From an uncultured Actinomycetota bacterium (lineage in GTDB: Bacteria; Actinomycetota; Humimicrobiia; Humimicrobiales; Humimicrobiaceae), in assembly GCA_964561115.1 (NCBI GenBank), contig CAZLOE010000003.1, forward strand, positions 2,691-66,690: DNA of 64,000 nucleotides, in the 5' to 3' direction. The position numbers were made by a program, and so were the translations under genes. Below are positions 9,851 to 20,624 of the stretch, piece after piece. The notes under the pieces are model-generated. The model was not told where the DNA came from and did not search any database. It saw only the letters and a list, made by a program, of their open reading frames with translations. Within the stretch, counting starts at the first letter, position 1. Every line of letters starts with the position of its first letter.

Positions 9851-11521
9851 TCAATCCCGATTGCTTTTATTAATACAGGTTTTTCTAACAATTATAATGG
9901 CTGCAGATAATATAACCATAAATATTATATAATAAACCACCACATCTTTTATACGGTAATCATTAAAATTTAAAATAAAAAAATCCTGTTCAGATAAAAT
10001 TTTAACCATTATTAAAATATATCTAAAAAAAACTGTGGATGATTTAAGTATAAAGCAGCCCGCAGGGGGCCATAATATACTGACAAATGAAGAATTTATC
10101 AGAATAAAAAGAAGAATGTAAAATACCGGCAGTATCAGAATATTGGCTGCCGGTGAGATCAAAGAGAATTTTTTAAAAAAGTAGGCTAATATAGGGAAAA
10201 GGACTGCCTGTATAGAAAAAGTCATAAGGCCGATTTTTATAATAAAATTCTTTTTGAGTTTTAATAATGAGAAAATACGGCCGGCTATTTTTCTTACCAC
10301 CGGGTAAATAAAGATTAATGCTGCCATGGAGCCGTATGACATCCAGAATCCCAGATCATAGAGAAAGTAAGGATTAAAGAGTACCATTATAATATATGAA
10401 AGGTATAGTAAAAATCTGTAATTATATTCCCTGTTCCAATTTGAAGCAAGAAATATGAAAATAAATACGACTGAGGCTCTTAATGTGCTGGCTCTTCCAC
10501 CTGTCAGAAAATTGTAAAATACTAATAATACAACTACTGCCCAGAATGCAATAAAAGAAGGCTTCATCTTTCTGATAAGAATGTACACCATGGATATAAA
10601 AAAAGAAATATGCAGCCCGGAAATGGCAAATAAGTGATATAATCCGCACTCTTTAAAATTTTCCGAAAGATATTCCGGGATATTATTTCTGTTGCCGAGT
10701 ATTAAAGCCTCAGCTATGCAAGCATTTTCAATTTTTAGACTTTTATAAAATGTGTTTTTTATGCAACGGTAAAGTCTCCCTCGCAGATAAAACATTTTTG
10801 AAGCCAAGCTCCTGCATTCAATTCTCTCGGTATTTCCGCTCTTTACGTTAAAGTACAGACAGTCCTGACTTACAGTTTCAGATTTACCAGAATCTCCCTG
10901 TTTTAAATTTCCCATCAGCCTTAAATAATCATCCCTTCGAAGAGATTTAGCTCTTGCACTGTCCAGCCTTACACTTAGTGATTCATTTACAGAGTAAAAA
11001 CTATTCAAATTTCCGCTTCGGTCATAAACATGTACGCTTCCTGCTTCCAGGAAAAAATTTAAACTACCGAAATAATAGTCAGGATGGTCTGAAATCCTTC
11101 CTTCTATAATTACGTCATTACAGCAAAAATTTCTGTCCCTGGATATGGATAATAAAATTTTCTTACTTTGGCCGTATTGATATATACTGATAATTGAATT
11201 TCCGATGACCAGTAAAATAAAAAATGGGATCACCATCAGAACAGAAAACTTTAGAAAATTCCTTTCAGAATCAGGCTGAAATAGTTTTGCGGATAAGGGC
11301 GCGAAAGAAGAGCCTAAAGGAAACCTTATTGAAAGTCTCCTTATTAATATAACCTCTAAAATCAGCATCAATAAGATAAATACAGCCTCTACGGTAAAAA
11401 TATGGGGGTTGTAATAATGGTGTCTGCTTCCTATATAAATCCCTATAGTCAATCCAGCAGTCCAGAAAAGATAAAATTCCCTTAATAGAAATGACAGTAT
11501 TTTCTGCTTTATACTATTCAA
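9851..11521 (-). CDS. comEC: DNA internalization competence protein ComEC/Rec2 (competence domain, no beta-lactamase domain)
   Basis: 556 aa polytopic membrane protein downstream of comEA; ComEC-type core. Confidence 0.75.
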   Translation of the reverse strand: MNSIKQKILSFLLREFYLFWTAGLTIGIYIGSRHHYYNPHIFTVEAVFILLMLILEVILIRRLSIRFPLGSSFAPLSAKLFQPDSERNFLKFSVLMVIPFFILLVIGNSIISIYQYGQSKKILLSISRDRNFCCNDVIIEGRISDHPDYYFGSLNFFLEAGSVHVYDRSGNLNSFYSVNESLSVRLDSARAKSLRRDDYLRLMGNLKQGDSGKSETVSQDCLYFNVKSGNTERIECRSLASKMFYLRGRLYRCIKNTFYKSLKIENACIAEALILGNRNNIPEYLSENFKECGLYHLFAISGLHISFFISMVYILIRKMKPSFIAFWAVVVLLVFYNFLTGGRASTLRASVVFIFIFLASNWNREYNYRFLLYLSYIIMVLFNPYFLYDLGFWMSYGSMAALIFIYPVVRKIAGRIFSLLKLKKNFIIKIGLMTFSIQAVLFPILAYFFKKFSLISPAANILILPVFYILLFILINSSFVSILWPPAGCFILKSSTVFFRYILIMVKILSEQDFFILNFNDYRIKDVVVYYIIFMVILSAAIIIVRKTCINKSNRD

Positions 11522-12306
11522 ATAGATATATACTGCTTGATTTTTTCATACTTTTTTTCACCTATACCTGTAACGTTTTGTAATTCTTCTTTAGTCTTGA
11601 AAGGGCCATTTTTATTTCTGTAATCAATGATGCTTTTGGCAGTTACAGGTCCTACACCGGGCAGTGATTCCAGCTCTTCCAGGCCCGCACTATTTATATT
11701 TATGTTCCTGTTTTCTGAATAGCTGTTATTTTCTGGATGCTCACTGGTAAAAAACAAAAATCCTCCACTGCTTATTTCCTCCAGTGATGGAATATAAATC
11801 CTCTGCCCGTCAAATACTTCCTCTGCGAGATTTATAATCTCCAGGCAGGCATATTCACTTTGACCGCCTGCAAGCTTTAACAGGTCTATTACCCTTGCCC
11901 CATTTTTTATTTCATATACTCCGGGATTTTTGACTTCACCGCAGATATAAGCTTTTATAACGCCGCCGGTCTGGGCCATCCCATCATAATTATATGTATC
12001 TTCCAAATCCACTATTACGCCTGAACCAACACTTTCTTCTTTTTCCGTTTTTATTTCATCATCTACTCCAATATCATTTCCTTTATCAACAATATTTAAA
12101 TTACTTTCCAAATAATAACTCTTAAGAATATTTTCCTTTCTTTTTATCTCAATCTTTTGGTTTATAAAAATAAAAATGAAAGAAGTTATTATTAAGAAAA
12201 TAAATCCCGGAATAATAAAATAGAAATGCCTGTTTCTCCTATATCTGATTTTGTCAATGAAGAATTTACCTCTGCTTATTTTTTCCTTTAAATCAAATAA
12301 ATTCAT
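11518..12306 (-). CDS. comEA: competence protein ComEA (SLBB plus helix-hairpin-helix DNA-binding domain)
   Basis: 262 aa with an N-terminal TM segment and a C-terminal HhH motif SLPGVGPVTAKSIIDYR..GPFKTKEEL. Confidence 0.85.
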   Translation of the reverse strand: MNLFDLKEKISRGKFFIDKIRYRRNRHFYFIIPGFIFLIITSFIFIFINQKIEIKRKENILKSYYLESNLNIVDKGNDIGVDDEIKTEKEESVGSGVIVDLEDTYNYDGMAQTGGVIKAYICGEVKNPGVYEIKNGARVIDLLKLAGGQSEYACLEIINLAEEVFDGQRIYIPSLEEISSGGFLFFTSEHPENNSYSENRNININSAGLEELESLPGVGPVTAKSIIDYRNKNGPFKTKEELQNVTGIGEKKYEKIKQYISI

Positions 12307-12587
12307 CTGGCTTATTTTACATATTTATGCTATTGTACATATGCATTATAGCATAAGAACAATAATTTTAAAGCATAAAACTTGATTATTCTATTTCCTT
12401 TTTATCATTAAGGGTTAAAAAATCAGATATTTAAAAAATCATTCATCTAATGTAAAAAAAAAATAAATTATAGTGTATATTATTAAATATTATGATACAA
12501 TTATTAACTATTATAATAAAATAACTATGTAAAGAACTATAAATATTAATAAGGCAAAAGTAATCTGGTCGTCAAAAAGGAGAAGAT

Positions 12588-12800
12588 TTGGAGTTTAAAT
12601 ATATTAAAGAGGCTGACATTTTAATTATAATACTTGCAAATGAAAAAATAGAATATGCTGAGCAGGCCGGGCCTATTAATATACATTTCTCCATTGATAA
12701 AAAGCCCGTACTTATTGAAATATTAAATGCAACCGATTTTTTATCAAAAGCTTTGGATTTCACAAAGAAGGCTGAAGATTATAAGCATTCTAAATTATAA
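12588..12800 (+). CDS. DUF2283-family small protein (TTG start)
   Basis: 70 aa. AAAGGAG lies 7 nt upstream of TTG at 12588. The motifs DILIIIL...GIEILNA match the DUF2283 pattern. Confidence 0.55.
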   Translation: MEFKYIKEADILIIILANEKIEYAEQAGPINIHFSIDKKPVLIEILNATDFLSKALDFTKKAEDYKHSKL

Positions 12801-12830
12801 AATAAGTCCTATTTTATTAAAGAATATATT

Positions 12831-13355
12831 ATGTCTAAGACAATATTGTTATTAATAGAAAATGAATTTAGAGACGAAGAAGCAGTTTATCCCTATTATA
12901 GATTCAAAGAAGCTGGATATGATGTAAAAATCGTAGGGCCTGAGAAAGATAAAGAATACAGGGGTAAATTCGGAGTGATCCTAAAATCGGATCTTGCCGC
13001 TTCTGAAGTCAAGCTTGAGAATGTAATCGCAGTAATAATCCCCGGAGGATATGCACCCGATAAAATGAGGATCAACAGCGATATGGTTGACATAGTAAAG
13101 AACGCTTCTCTTCAAGGCAAAGTTGTGGCAGCGATCTGCCACGGGGGATGGATGCTTGCGGAAGCCGATATAGTCAGGGGTAAGAAAGTCACCGGCTATA
13201 AGGCGATAGCCACAGACCTAAAAAATGCCGGAGGCAGTTACATAGACAGCGAAGTAGCCGTGGATGGCAATATTGTGACTTCAAGGACTCCCGATGATCT
13301 TCCTGCATTTTGCAGTTCAATCCTTAAGCTTATAGAGACTTCCTCTAAAGAATAA
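12831..13355 (+). CDS. DJ-1/PfpI family protein (class I glutamine amidotransferase-like)
   Basis: 174 aa with the nucleophile elbow AICHGGW. Confidence 0.85.
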   Translation: MSKTILLLIENEFRDEEAVYPYYRFKEAGYDVKIVGPEKDKEYRGKFGVILKSDLAASEVKLENVIAVIIPGGYAPDKMRINSDMVDIVKNASLQGKVVAAICHGGWMLAEADIVRGKKVTGYKAIATDLKNAGGSYIDSEVAVDGNIVTSRTPDDLPAFCSSILKLIETSSKE

Positions 13356-13372
13356 TATATATTCTATTTCCT

Positions 13373-15889
13373 CTAATTTTTAACTACAATATTAATAAGT
13401 TTATTTAGGATGACTATTTTTTTTACGATCTCTTTACCCTCAATGAACTTTTTTACCTTTCCGGAAGAAAGAGCCTGTTTTTCAATCTCTTCTGAAGAAG
13501 TATCCAGAGGCAGTTTCACCCTGTCCCTTAATTTTCCATTTACCTGAAATATTATGGTGACCAGTTCTTCTTTTGCGATCTCCTTATCATAATCCGGCCA
13601 GGGTACCTTATGGATACTTTCCTGGTTTCCGGCCCTAAACCACAATTCTTCGGTAATAAATGGGACAATGGGTGACAGCAGCATAAGCAATTTTCCGGTC
13701 AGCTCTCTCACAAGAGCACCGTTTTTGTTACTATCTTTGATATCTTCCTGGTACTTATACATCAGATTGACCAGTTCCATAACAGCACTTATAGCCGTAT
13801 TGAAGTTAAATCTATTTAAAATATCATCAGTCACCTTCCTTATGGTCTGGTGCAATTTTCTGTACAACTCTTTTTCAATATCATTAAGCTTACCCTTTTT
13901 GAATTCTTCTTTAATATTTGCTTCAGTCCTGCCAGCCAGCTTTATATTTCTTATCACCAGCTTCCATAATCTCTTTAAAAACCTGTTCGCTCCCTCTACC
14001 GCACTGTCACTCCAGTCAACTGGACTGTCTGCCGGCCCCATAAAAAGTATGTACAGCCTTAAAGTATCTGCGCTGTACCTGCTGTAAATCTCAGAAGGAT
14101 TGACAATATTGCCTTTGGATTTTGACATTTTTTGGCCGTCCAGATTCACAACACCATGAGGAAAATATTTAATAAAGGGTTCCTTAAATTTTATAAGCCC
14201 CGCGTCATATAACACCTTGGTAAAAAATCTTGAATATATTAGGTGCATAGTAGCATGCTCTATTCCCCCTATATACTGGTCCACAGGCATCCAGTAATCT
14301 ACTTCTTTGCTGTCAAAAGCAGCCTGGTCATAATGCGGGCTGCAGTATCTTAAAAAATACCATGATGAACAGACAAAAGTATCCATAGTATCTGTTTCCC
14401 TCCTGGCCTTACCCCCGCACCTGGGACAGGTGGTATTTACAAATTCATCACAATAAAAGAGAGGAGACAGCCCCCTGGGTTTGAAATCTATATCGTGGGG
14501 AAGAAGTACAGGCAGGTCCTTCTCCGGTATCGGTACCATGCCGCACCTGTCACAATATATAATAGGGATGGGGGAACCCCAGTACCTCTGCCTTGAGATA
14601 AGCCAATCCCTTAATTTATAATTCACACAAAAACTTCCCATATTATTCTTTTCAATATAGGAAGTGACTTCCTTTTTTCCCTTTTCCGATCTTATACCGC
14701 TGAATTTTCCAGAATTTATCATTATCCCTTCACCAATATATGCAGCACTTAGCTTCTTGTGATCTTTACCATCAGGGGATATTACTTCTTTTATTGGAAT
14801 ACCATACTTGGATGCAAATTCAAAATCCCTTTCATCATGTGCAGGAACTGCCATTATGGCACCGGTCCCATACTCCAGTAAAACATAGTTTGCGATCCAT
14901 ATGGGAATTCTCTGACCGTTTAAAGGATTTATAACATATCTCCCTGTAAAACAGCCTATTTTTTCAACTTCAGCCGAACCACGTTCAATATCACTCTGCG
15001 CCGAGATTATACTTTTAGCTTTTTTAATATCTTTCTTGAATTTTTCATCCATTATAATTTTATCTACCAGCGGGTGCTCCGGGGCAAGAATAAAAAAGGT
15101 GACTCCGAATAATGTATCGGGTCTGGTGGTAAACACCGGAATAGAAATGCCTTCACTTCCATCAAGCTTAAAGTCTACTACGGCACCTTCGCTTCTTCCG
15201 ATCCAATTTTTTTGAATAGTGAGCACTCTTTCCGGCCATCCGTCCCTGAGCAGCTCCATATCATCAAGAAGTCTCTGAGCATAATCGGTTATTTTAAAAA
15301 ACCACTGAGACAGTACCTTCTTTTCAACCGGGCTGTCACATCTCTCGCACTTTCCCGAAATGACCTGCTCGTTTGCCAGAACAGTCTGGCATGAATTACA
15401 CCAATTGACCGGTGCTTCTTTCTTTTCCGCAAGACCCATTTTGTAAAATAACAGGAAGAACCATTGTGTCCACCTGTAGTAATCGGGCTCAGAGGTTATT
15501 ATCTCACTTTCGAAATCGTAACTCATTCCCATGGCTTTTAGAGCTTTTCTCATCTTTGAAATATTTGCCATGGTACTCTCTTTAGGATGCAAACCGTCTC
15601 TTATTGCAGCATTTTCTGCGGGAAGCCCAAAAGCATCAAATCCAATGGGATGCAAAACACTATACCCTTTCCTGGAATAAACTCTCGCTATGACATCCCC
15701 GATGGTATAATTTCTGGCATGGCCCATATGCGGTTCCCCCGAAGGATAGGGGAACATCTCAAGGGCGTAATATTTAAGATCACCTTTATGGTGCTTTAGT
15801 GAATATATTTTTTCTTTTTCCCACTTTTTGACCAGTCTTTCTTCTATTTCATGAGGTCTGTAGACCTCATCTGCTGGTTTTTTTGTCAA
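13373..15889 (-). CDS. leuS: leucyl-tRNA synthetase
   Basis: 838 aa with the HMGH motif (PHMGHARNY) and KMSKSKGN. Confidence 0.95.
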   Translation of the reverse strand: MTKKPADEVYRPHEIEERLVKKWEKEKIYSLKHHKGDLKYYALEMFPYPSGEPHMGHARNYTIGDVIARVYSRKGYSVLHPIGFDAFGLPAENAAIRDGLHPKESTMANISKMRKALKAMGMSYDFESEIITSEPDYYRWTQWFFLLFYKMGLAEKKEAPVNWCNSCQTVLANEQVISGKCERCDSPVEKKVLSQWFFKITDYAQRLLDDMELLRDGWPERVLTIQKNWIGRSEGAVVDFKLDGSEGISIPVFTTRPDTLFGVTFFILAPEHPLVDKIIMDEKFKKDIKKAKSIISAQSDIERGSAEVEKIGCFTGRYVINPLNGQRIPIWIANYVLLEYGTGAIMAVPAHDERDFEFASKYGIPIKEVISPDGKDHKKLSAAYIGEGIMINSGKFSGIRSEKGKKEVTSYIEKNNMGSFCVNYKLRDWLISRQRYWGSPIPIIYCDRCGMVPIPEKDLPVLLPHDIDFKPRGLSPLFYCDEFVNTTCPRCGGKARRETDTMDTFVCSSWYFLRYCSPHYDQAAFDSKEVDYWMPVDQYIGGIEHATMHLIYSRFFTKVLYDAGLIKFKEPFIKYFPHGVVNLDGQKMSKSKGNIVNPSEIYSRYSADTLRLYILFMGPADSPVDWSDSAVEGANRFLKRLWKLVIRNIKLAGRTEANIKEEFKKGKLNDIEKELYRKLHQTIRKVTDDILNRFNFNTAISAVMELVNLMYKYQEDIKDSNKNGALVRELTGKLLMLLSPIVPFITEELWFRAGNQESIHKVPWPDYDKEIAKEELVTIIFQVNGKLRDRVKLPLDTSSEEIEKQALSSGKVKKFIEGKEIVKKIVILNKLINIVVKN

Positions 15890-15922
15890 ATCCTGTTCCT
15901 TTCCGGATTATTTTAAATAAAC

Positions 15923-16309
15923 TCAATTCCATTTGATTTCTCTGGAATCTTTCCACAATCTTTCAAGCTTGTAATATTCCCTTAACTCATTGGTAAAAAT
16001 ATGAACAACAAAATCATCATAATCAGCAAGTATCCAGTTTCCCTCTGAAAGCCCGCACACATTAATAGGATAAAGTTTGTCTTTCTTCAGATTTATATAT
16101 ATATCTTCCTGTATTCTTCTGGTCAATCTGGTATTTCTTGCACTGATTATTATGAAGTAATCGGTGATGATCAATCTGGACCTCATGTCCAGTATTTTTA
16201 TATAATCCGCTTTCTTCTCATCAGCTATTCTGGCGACTTTCTTTACTATTGCTTTTATGTCTACCACTTTCGGCTTAGGGTTTCTGCCCTTTACTATTTT
16301 CTTTATCAC
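15923..16309 (-). CDS. rsfS: ribosome silencing factor RsfS (Iojap family)
   Basis: 128 aa, in the conserved nadD-yqeK-rsfS operon position. Confidence 0.8.
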   Translation of the reverse strand: MIKKIVKGRNPKPKVVDIKAIVKKVARIADEKKADYIKILDMRSRLIITDYFIIISARNTRLTRRIQEDIYINLKKDKLYPINVCGLSEGNWILADYDDFVVHIFTNELREYYKLERLWKDSREIKWN

Positions 16310-18102
16310 TGACTTGTATAATCACTCCCCAAAATTATACTGATGTCCACATTGTCTACATTGTCATCGGAATATTTTATTATTCCTACACCCAGCCTTT
16401 CCTGTATCTGTTGAGCAAGCTCGTTAACTTTTTCTCTGGAATCAAATATTATTATTTCTGTCTGGTTATAATCCCAGTTATCGGCATCTTTTGTCTCAGC
16501 GACTTCCAGGATTTCTTCTTCAGCATTAAAATAATCTTCAAGTATTTTCTGAGCTGTCGCCGCTAGTAGTGCTGTACCTTCCCCGTTTAAAATATTAATC
16601 TCTATAATCCCTTCCTCTTCCTGTGCATCTTCTGTTCCTGCTTCTTCGGCTTTATAATCAGCCCCCAGGATTATAACAATATCAGACTCTATAGCCTCAT
16701 TTTCTGTTGTATTTATATTACCGACCCCCAGGATATTTTTTAAATCATCTGCTGCTTCTATTACATATGCCTTATCTGTGTATATTGTGATTTCAGTAAT
16801 ATCGTAATCAAATTTTTCAGTAGGTTCGTTTGCAATTTCAAGCACATTGTACTTATTCTTGCCGCTTTCAAATAACTTCCTTTCTAAAAGGTCTTTCACT
16901 TGTTTAGCAAGGCCGGGTGTGCCCTCACCATTGAGTATGGTCAGATTGACTGTTTCCTCAGCAGTGGCTGTGACCTCTTCGGATACAGATTCCTCCATAG
17001 CGAATATTTCTGCAAGTTCTGAAACATCAGGCAGATAAACTATCTCTTCTTCTGCCAGTTCTGTAGACGACACATCCAAGGGATAAACATTGTTCTTACT
17101 GGGTTCTATCTCAGAAAATGTTGAGAAGATCTTTAATTCTTCTTCCATACTCAGATCAGTATCAATAAAATCACTGATAAGATTTAGATTGGCTGACAGC
17201 TCTTCTTCATTTTCACCCACTATCTTTTTTATCACTGCGTCTAAAATCAGCTTCTGTTTGGTAATATTTCCTATTGGAACATCCTCTTCTATACCGCTGA
17301 AAAATTTAAGGAAATTTAACGCCTCTGTCCCGTCAATCAGGTTCTCTCCTTTTTTCAGTTCAAAGGTTGAATTGTCGTCATAATTTTTAACTGTCATCTC
17401 CTCATCCAATTCCAGATTTATCCCGTTCAATTTATTGACTACATTATAAATATCCATAAGAATATAATGATTTATCTCCATATCCATACCCAGATTTCTC
17501 TCCAGAGCAAGACTCAGCAAATCCATACCCCCTACTTCTACCGAATCACCCACCAGGCCTGCTCCTATACCCGGTATATCAAGCAAAGTCTTTACCGGGA
17601 TGCAGAGAGATGTCAGTTTTTCTTCAATGCTGTAATATCTTGAAAATACTATTGAACTTACCTCAGGTTCAAGTAGATCCTGATCCGCACAGGCAATGAC
17701 TATATTTATGTCTTGGGTCAGTTCAAGAGAGCTCGGTATACTTATTCTTTCTTCATCCGGGATCTCTACTTCAGTAGAAATCATGCTTTTGATCCAGGGA
17801 ACACCCCAGAAGACCACCGCCACAGCAATAACTACCAGGATCAACATTATTCCTAATATCTTAAAAATAGCCCTTCTTTTCTTCTTCTTCTGTTTTATTC
17901 TTTTTATCCTGAAACCTTCGCTTTCCACATTTTCGCTAGCCTCCTCTTCAAATTTAAAATCTTCATCTTTGAAGAAGTCATCTCCAAAATTACTGGATTC
18001 TTTTCTTCTGCTGCGTATATTTTCTAAATCTTCATCATCAGAATCATCGCTTACAAATTTATCTTCATCATCATCATTAAAAGACATTTTAAATACCTCC
18101 AC
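16306..18102 (-). CDS. LytR-CpsA-Psr (LCP) family protein with duplicated LytR_C domains
   Basis: 598 aa. An acidic N-terminus and one TM segment are followed by an LCP core (NIVIACADQ...VKTLLDIPGIGAG...) and two LNGEGT... repeats. Confidence 0.7.
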   Translation of the reverse strand: MEVFKMSFNDDDEDKFVSDDSDDEDLENIRSRRKESSNFGDDFFKDEDFKFEEEASENVESEGFRIKRIKQKKKKRRAIFKILGIMLILVVIAVAVVFWGVPWIKSMISTEVEIPDEERISIPSSLELTQDINIVIACADQDLLEPEVSSIVFSRYYSIEEKLTSLCIPVKTLLDIPGIGAGLVGDSVEVGGMDLLSLALERNLGMDMEINHYILMDIYNVVNKLNGINLELDEEMTVKNYDDNSTFELKKGENLIDGTEALNFLKFFSGIEEDVPIGNITKQKLILDAVIKKIVGENEEELSANLNLISDFIDTDLSMEEELKIFSTFSEIEPSKNNVYPLDVSSTELAEEEIVYLPDVSELAEIFAMEESVSEEVTATAEETVNLTILNGEGTPGLAKQVKDLLERKLFESGKNKYNVLEIANEPTEKFDYDITEITIYTDKAYVIEAADDLKNILGVGNINTTENEAIESDIVIILGADYKAEEAGTEDAQEEEGIIEINILNGEGTALLAATAQKILEDYFNAEEEILEVAETKDADNWDYNQTEIIIFDSREKVNELAQQIQERLGVGIIKYSDDNVDNVDISIILGSDYTSQ

Positions 18103-18700
18103 AAATATTGTTCCATACCTTACTGGTATCAGGATGTAATAACCTGTTTCTTTTTACAACATATATTATATTATTTTTATAAACCTCTAATAAACATAAA
18201 TCAATGTTTTTTAAAGCAAGATCCCTGCATTTCTCTACACCATCATAATCTCTGTTTTTCTCAATTTTATCAGAAATAAAAAAAATCTTATCCTCAAGAC
18301 TCATATTGCAGTATCCAACAGTATGAAATTTAATCGCCTTCAGCACCTTTTTTTTAGAAATATCAAAATCCCTTGAAACCAGATAAGCGCCTACAAAACC
18401 GTGTATTAAAGGCGGTGATTTTAACGCAAAACTGCTGACCTTAAGTTTATTATTTATTGCCGTCTCTACCAGCTCTTTATAACTGAACACTTTACCATAA
18501 TCATGCAATATACATACAATACCAAGATTATAAAAATCCAGATCAGCATGATGCTTTTCTGCCATTATACCCGCATACTCCAGTGTATTAATAGAATGCT
18601 GGTATAAAGAAACAGGCATAACAGACTTAATCTTTTCAATCAAACCTTTAAGATATTCTTTTTGCTCTGCACTCAAAGCAAGATCATTTATAAAGTCCAT
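18089..18700 (-). CDS. yqeK: HD-domain bis(5'-nucleosyl)-tetraphosphatase YqeK
   Basis: 203 aa with an H..HD motif, downstream of nadD. Confidence 0.8.
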   Translation of the reverse strand: MDFINDLALSAEQKEYLKGLIEKIKSVMPVSLYQHSINTLEYAGIMAEKHHADLDFYNLGIVCILHDYGKVFSYKELVETAINNKLKVSSFALKSPPLIHGFVGAYLVSRDFDISKKKVLKAIKFHTVGYCNMSLEDKIFFISDKIEKNRDYDGVEKCRDLALKNIDLCLLEVYKNNIIYVVKRNRLLHPDTSKVWNNICGGI

Positions 18701-19343
18701 GTTTTATTATATAATTGCTGACCCCTTCGGGTACGAGATAATCTATTGGTCGGCCGCTCTTTAATCTATTTCTTATATCGGTTGAAGAAATAGACAGAGC
18801 TGGTATCTCCATAATATATATTTTCTTATAGGATTCCTCATCACTGCTGAAAAGTTTTTTTCTCAGACCCTCTATTCGTGTTATATCATATCCCGGTCTT
18901 GTAGCAGCTATGAATTTACATAGTGAGATTATTTCATCGGTGTTTTTCCAGGTAAGTATTTCTAGAATAGCATCGGCACCGGTAACAAAATATAGTGATG
19001 ATTTTTTACCATACTTTTTCTTTAGCTGCCTTACTGTATCTATGGTATAGGACTTTTTTTTCCTCTCTATCTCCATTCTGGAAACAAAAAAGTTACTATT
19101 GGAAGAAGTGGCGATGACAGCCATTATATACCTGTCTTCCGAATCTGCTATTTCCTGTTTATCTTTATGCGGTGGATTACCTGTAGGTATAAATATCACC
19201 CTGTCCAGATTAAATTGACTCAATGCTTCCTGAGCAGTAACCAGATGGCCGCTATGAATAGGGTTAAATGTTCCCCCCATAATACCTATTTTTTGTCCTT
19301 GCTTTTTATCTTTTCCCATATTATTTCCTAATCTGACCATCAC
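18684..19343 (-). CDS. nadD: nicotinate-nucleotide adenylyltransferase
   Basis: 219 aa with GIMGGTFNPIHSGHL. Confidence 0.9.
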   Translation of the reverse strand: MMVRLGNNMGKDKKQGQKIGIMGGTFNPIHSGHLVTAQEALSQFNLDRVIFIPTGNPPHKDKQEIADSEDRYIMAVIATSSNSNFFVSRMEIERKKKSYTIDTVRQLKKKYGKKSSLYFVTGADAILEILTWKNTDEIISLCKFIAATRPGYDITRIEGLRKKLFSSDEESYKKIYIMEIPALSISSTDIRNRLKSGRPIDYLVPEGVSNYIIKHGLYK

Positions 19344-20577
19344 CCAGCACTATAAACTTATTGGTGGTCAGTTCTCTTAATCCCATAGGTCCCCGCCAGT
19401 GAAGTTTCTGAGTACTTATTCCTATTTCCGTACCCATTCCGAATTGTTCACCATCCGTAAACCTGGTAGAAGCATTGACAAAGACAGTAGATGAGTCTAT
19501 GGCATTAGTAAAATAAATCGAATTCTTATAACTTGAAGTGATAATAGTTTCAGTGTGATGTGAGCCATATTTATTTATATGTTTTACTGCTTCCTCTATA
19601 CTTCCGATGATCTTTACCGCCATCTTGTAATCCAGATATTCCTTATACCAGTCTTCTTCAGAAGCAAGTTTAATAGAGGGATAAAGTTTTTTAGATTCAC
19701 TGCAGCCCAAGAGTTCCACATTTTTAGACTCAAGATTCTTAAGGACCAGAGGTAGTATTTTACCAGCTGCATCCTTATGTACCAGTAACTTCTCGGCTGC
19801 ATTGCAAACACTTGGCCGCTGGGTCTTTGAATTTATTATTATTTCCGAAATAACATCTTCTCTTATGCCCTCCAGCATATTATCAATATAAACATGGCAG
19901 TTTCCTATTCCGGTCTCGATCACAGGCACCTTCGAATTTTCTACTACACTATCGATCAGATCCTTACCCCCTCTTGGGATAAGGACATCTATATACTGCC
20001 TTAGCTGCATCAATCTGACTGCATCTTCCCTGCCGGTAGTGGGGATTATCTGTATTATACTCTGGGGAAAATTATTATTTTCCAGAGCTCTGCCCATCAC
20101 TTCGACCAGCTTCTTATTAGTATTGATGGCATGAGAGCTTCCTCTTAAAACGATGCAATTTCCTGCCTTTACACACAGAACTGAAGCATCCACAGTAACG
20201 TCAGGCCTGGCTTCATATATTACTCCCACTACTCCCAGCGGGACCCTGACATTTTTTAAAATCAATCCGTTGGGAAGATTATATCCGAAAATAATCTCTC
20301 CTACCGGATCGGTAAACCTGATTACTTTATCTATACTTTCTGCTTTTTTTTCTATCCTCGGCCTGTCAAATTTCAACCTGTCCAGTAGACTTTCAGATAT
20401 TCCCTCCCGGGCAGACTTTTTCAGATCTTTTTCATTCTCTTTTATGATCTCCCCGGCACTGCTGACAAGATATTCTGAAATATCAGAGAGTATTTTATTT
20501 TTAACCACAGTACCTGCATTTGAAATAAGGCCGGTACTTTCTTTTGCTCTTTTTGCTATTTCTAAGACTATATCCAT
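19321..20577 (-). CDS. proA: gamma-glutamyl phosphate reductase
   Basis: 418 aa aldehyde dehydrogenase fold, paired with proB. Confidence 0.9.
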   Translation of the reverse strand: MDIVLEIAKRAKESTGLISNAGTVVKNKILSDISEYLVSSAGEIIKENEKDLKKSAREGISESLLDRLKFDRPRIEKKAESIDKVIRFTDPVGEIIFGYNLPNGLILKNVRVPLGVVGVIYEARPDVTVDASVLCVKAGNCIVLRGSSHAINTNKKLVEVMGRALENNNFPQSIIQIIPTTGREDAVRLMQLRQYIDVLIPRGGKDLIDSVVENSKVPVIETGIGNCHVYIDNMLEGIREDVISEIIINSKTQRPSVCNAAEKLLVHKDAAGKILPLVLKNLESKNVELLGCSESKKLYPSIKLASEEDWYKEYLDYKMAVKIIGSIEEAVKHINKYGSHHTETIITSSYKNSIYFTNAIDSSTVFVNASTRFTDGEQFGMGTEIGISTQKLHWRGPMGLRELTTNKFIVLGDGQIRK

Positions 20578-20624
20578 AAGCTTCCCTAATTTTAATTATT
20601 ATAACATAAAACTGCCCGAGTAAA

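Noticed and set aside
10422-10649. 75-aa minus-strand ORF inside comEC
   Set aside because: It is in an alternative frame within the ComEC coding region.
12572-12763. Minus-strand ORF overlapping the DUF2283 gene
   Set aside because: The plus-strand ORF has an AAAGGAG-TTG start and a recognisable family pattern. The minus-strand ORF has neither.
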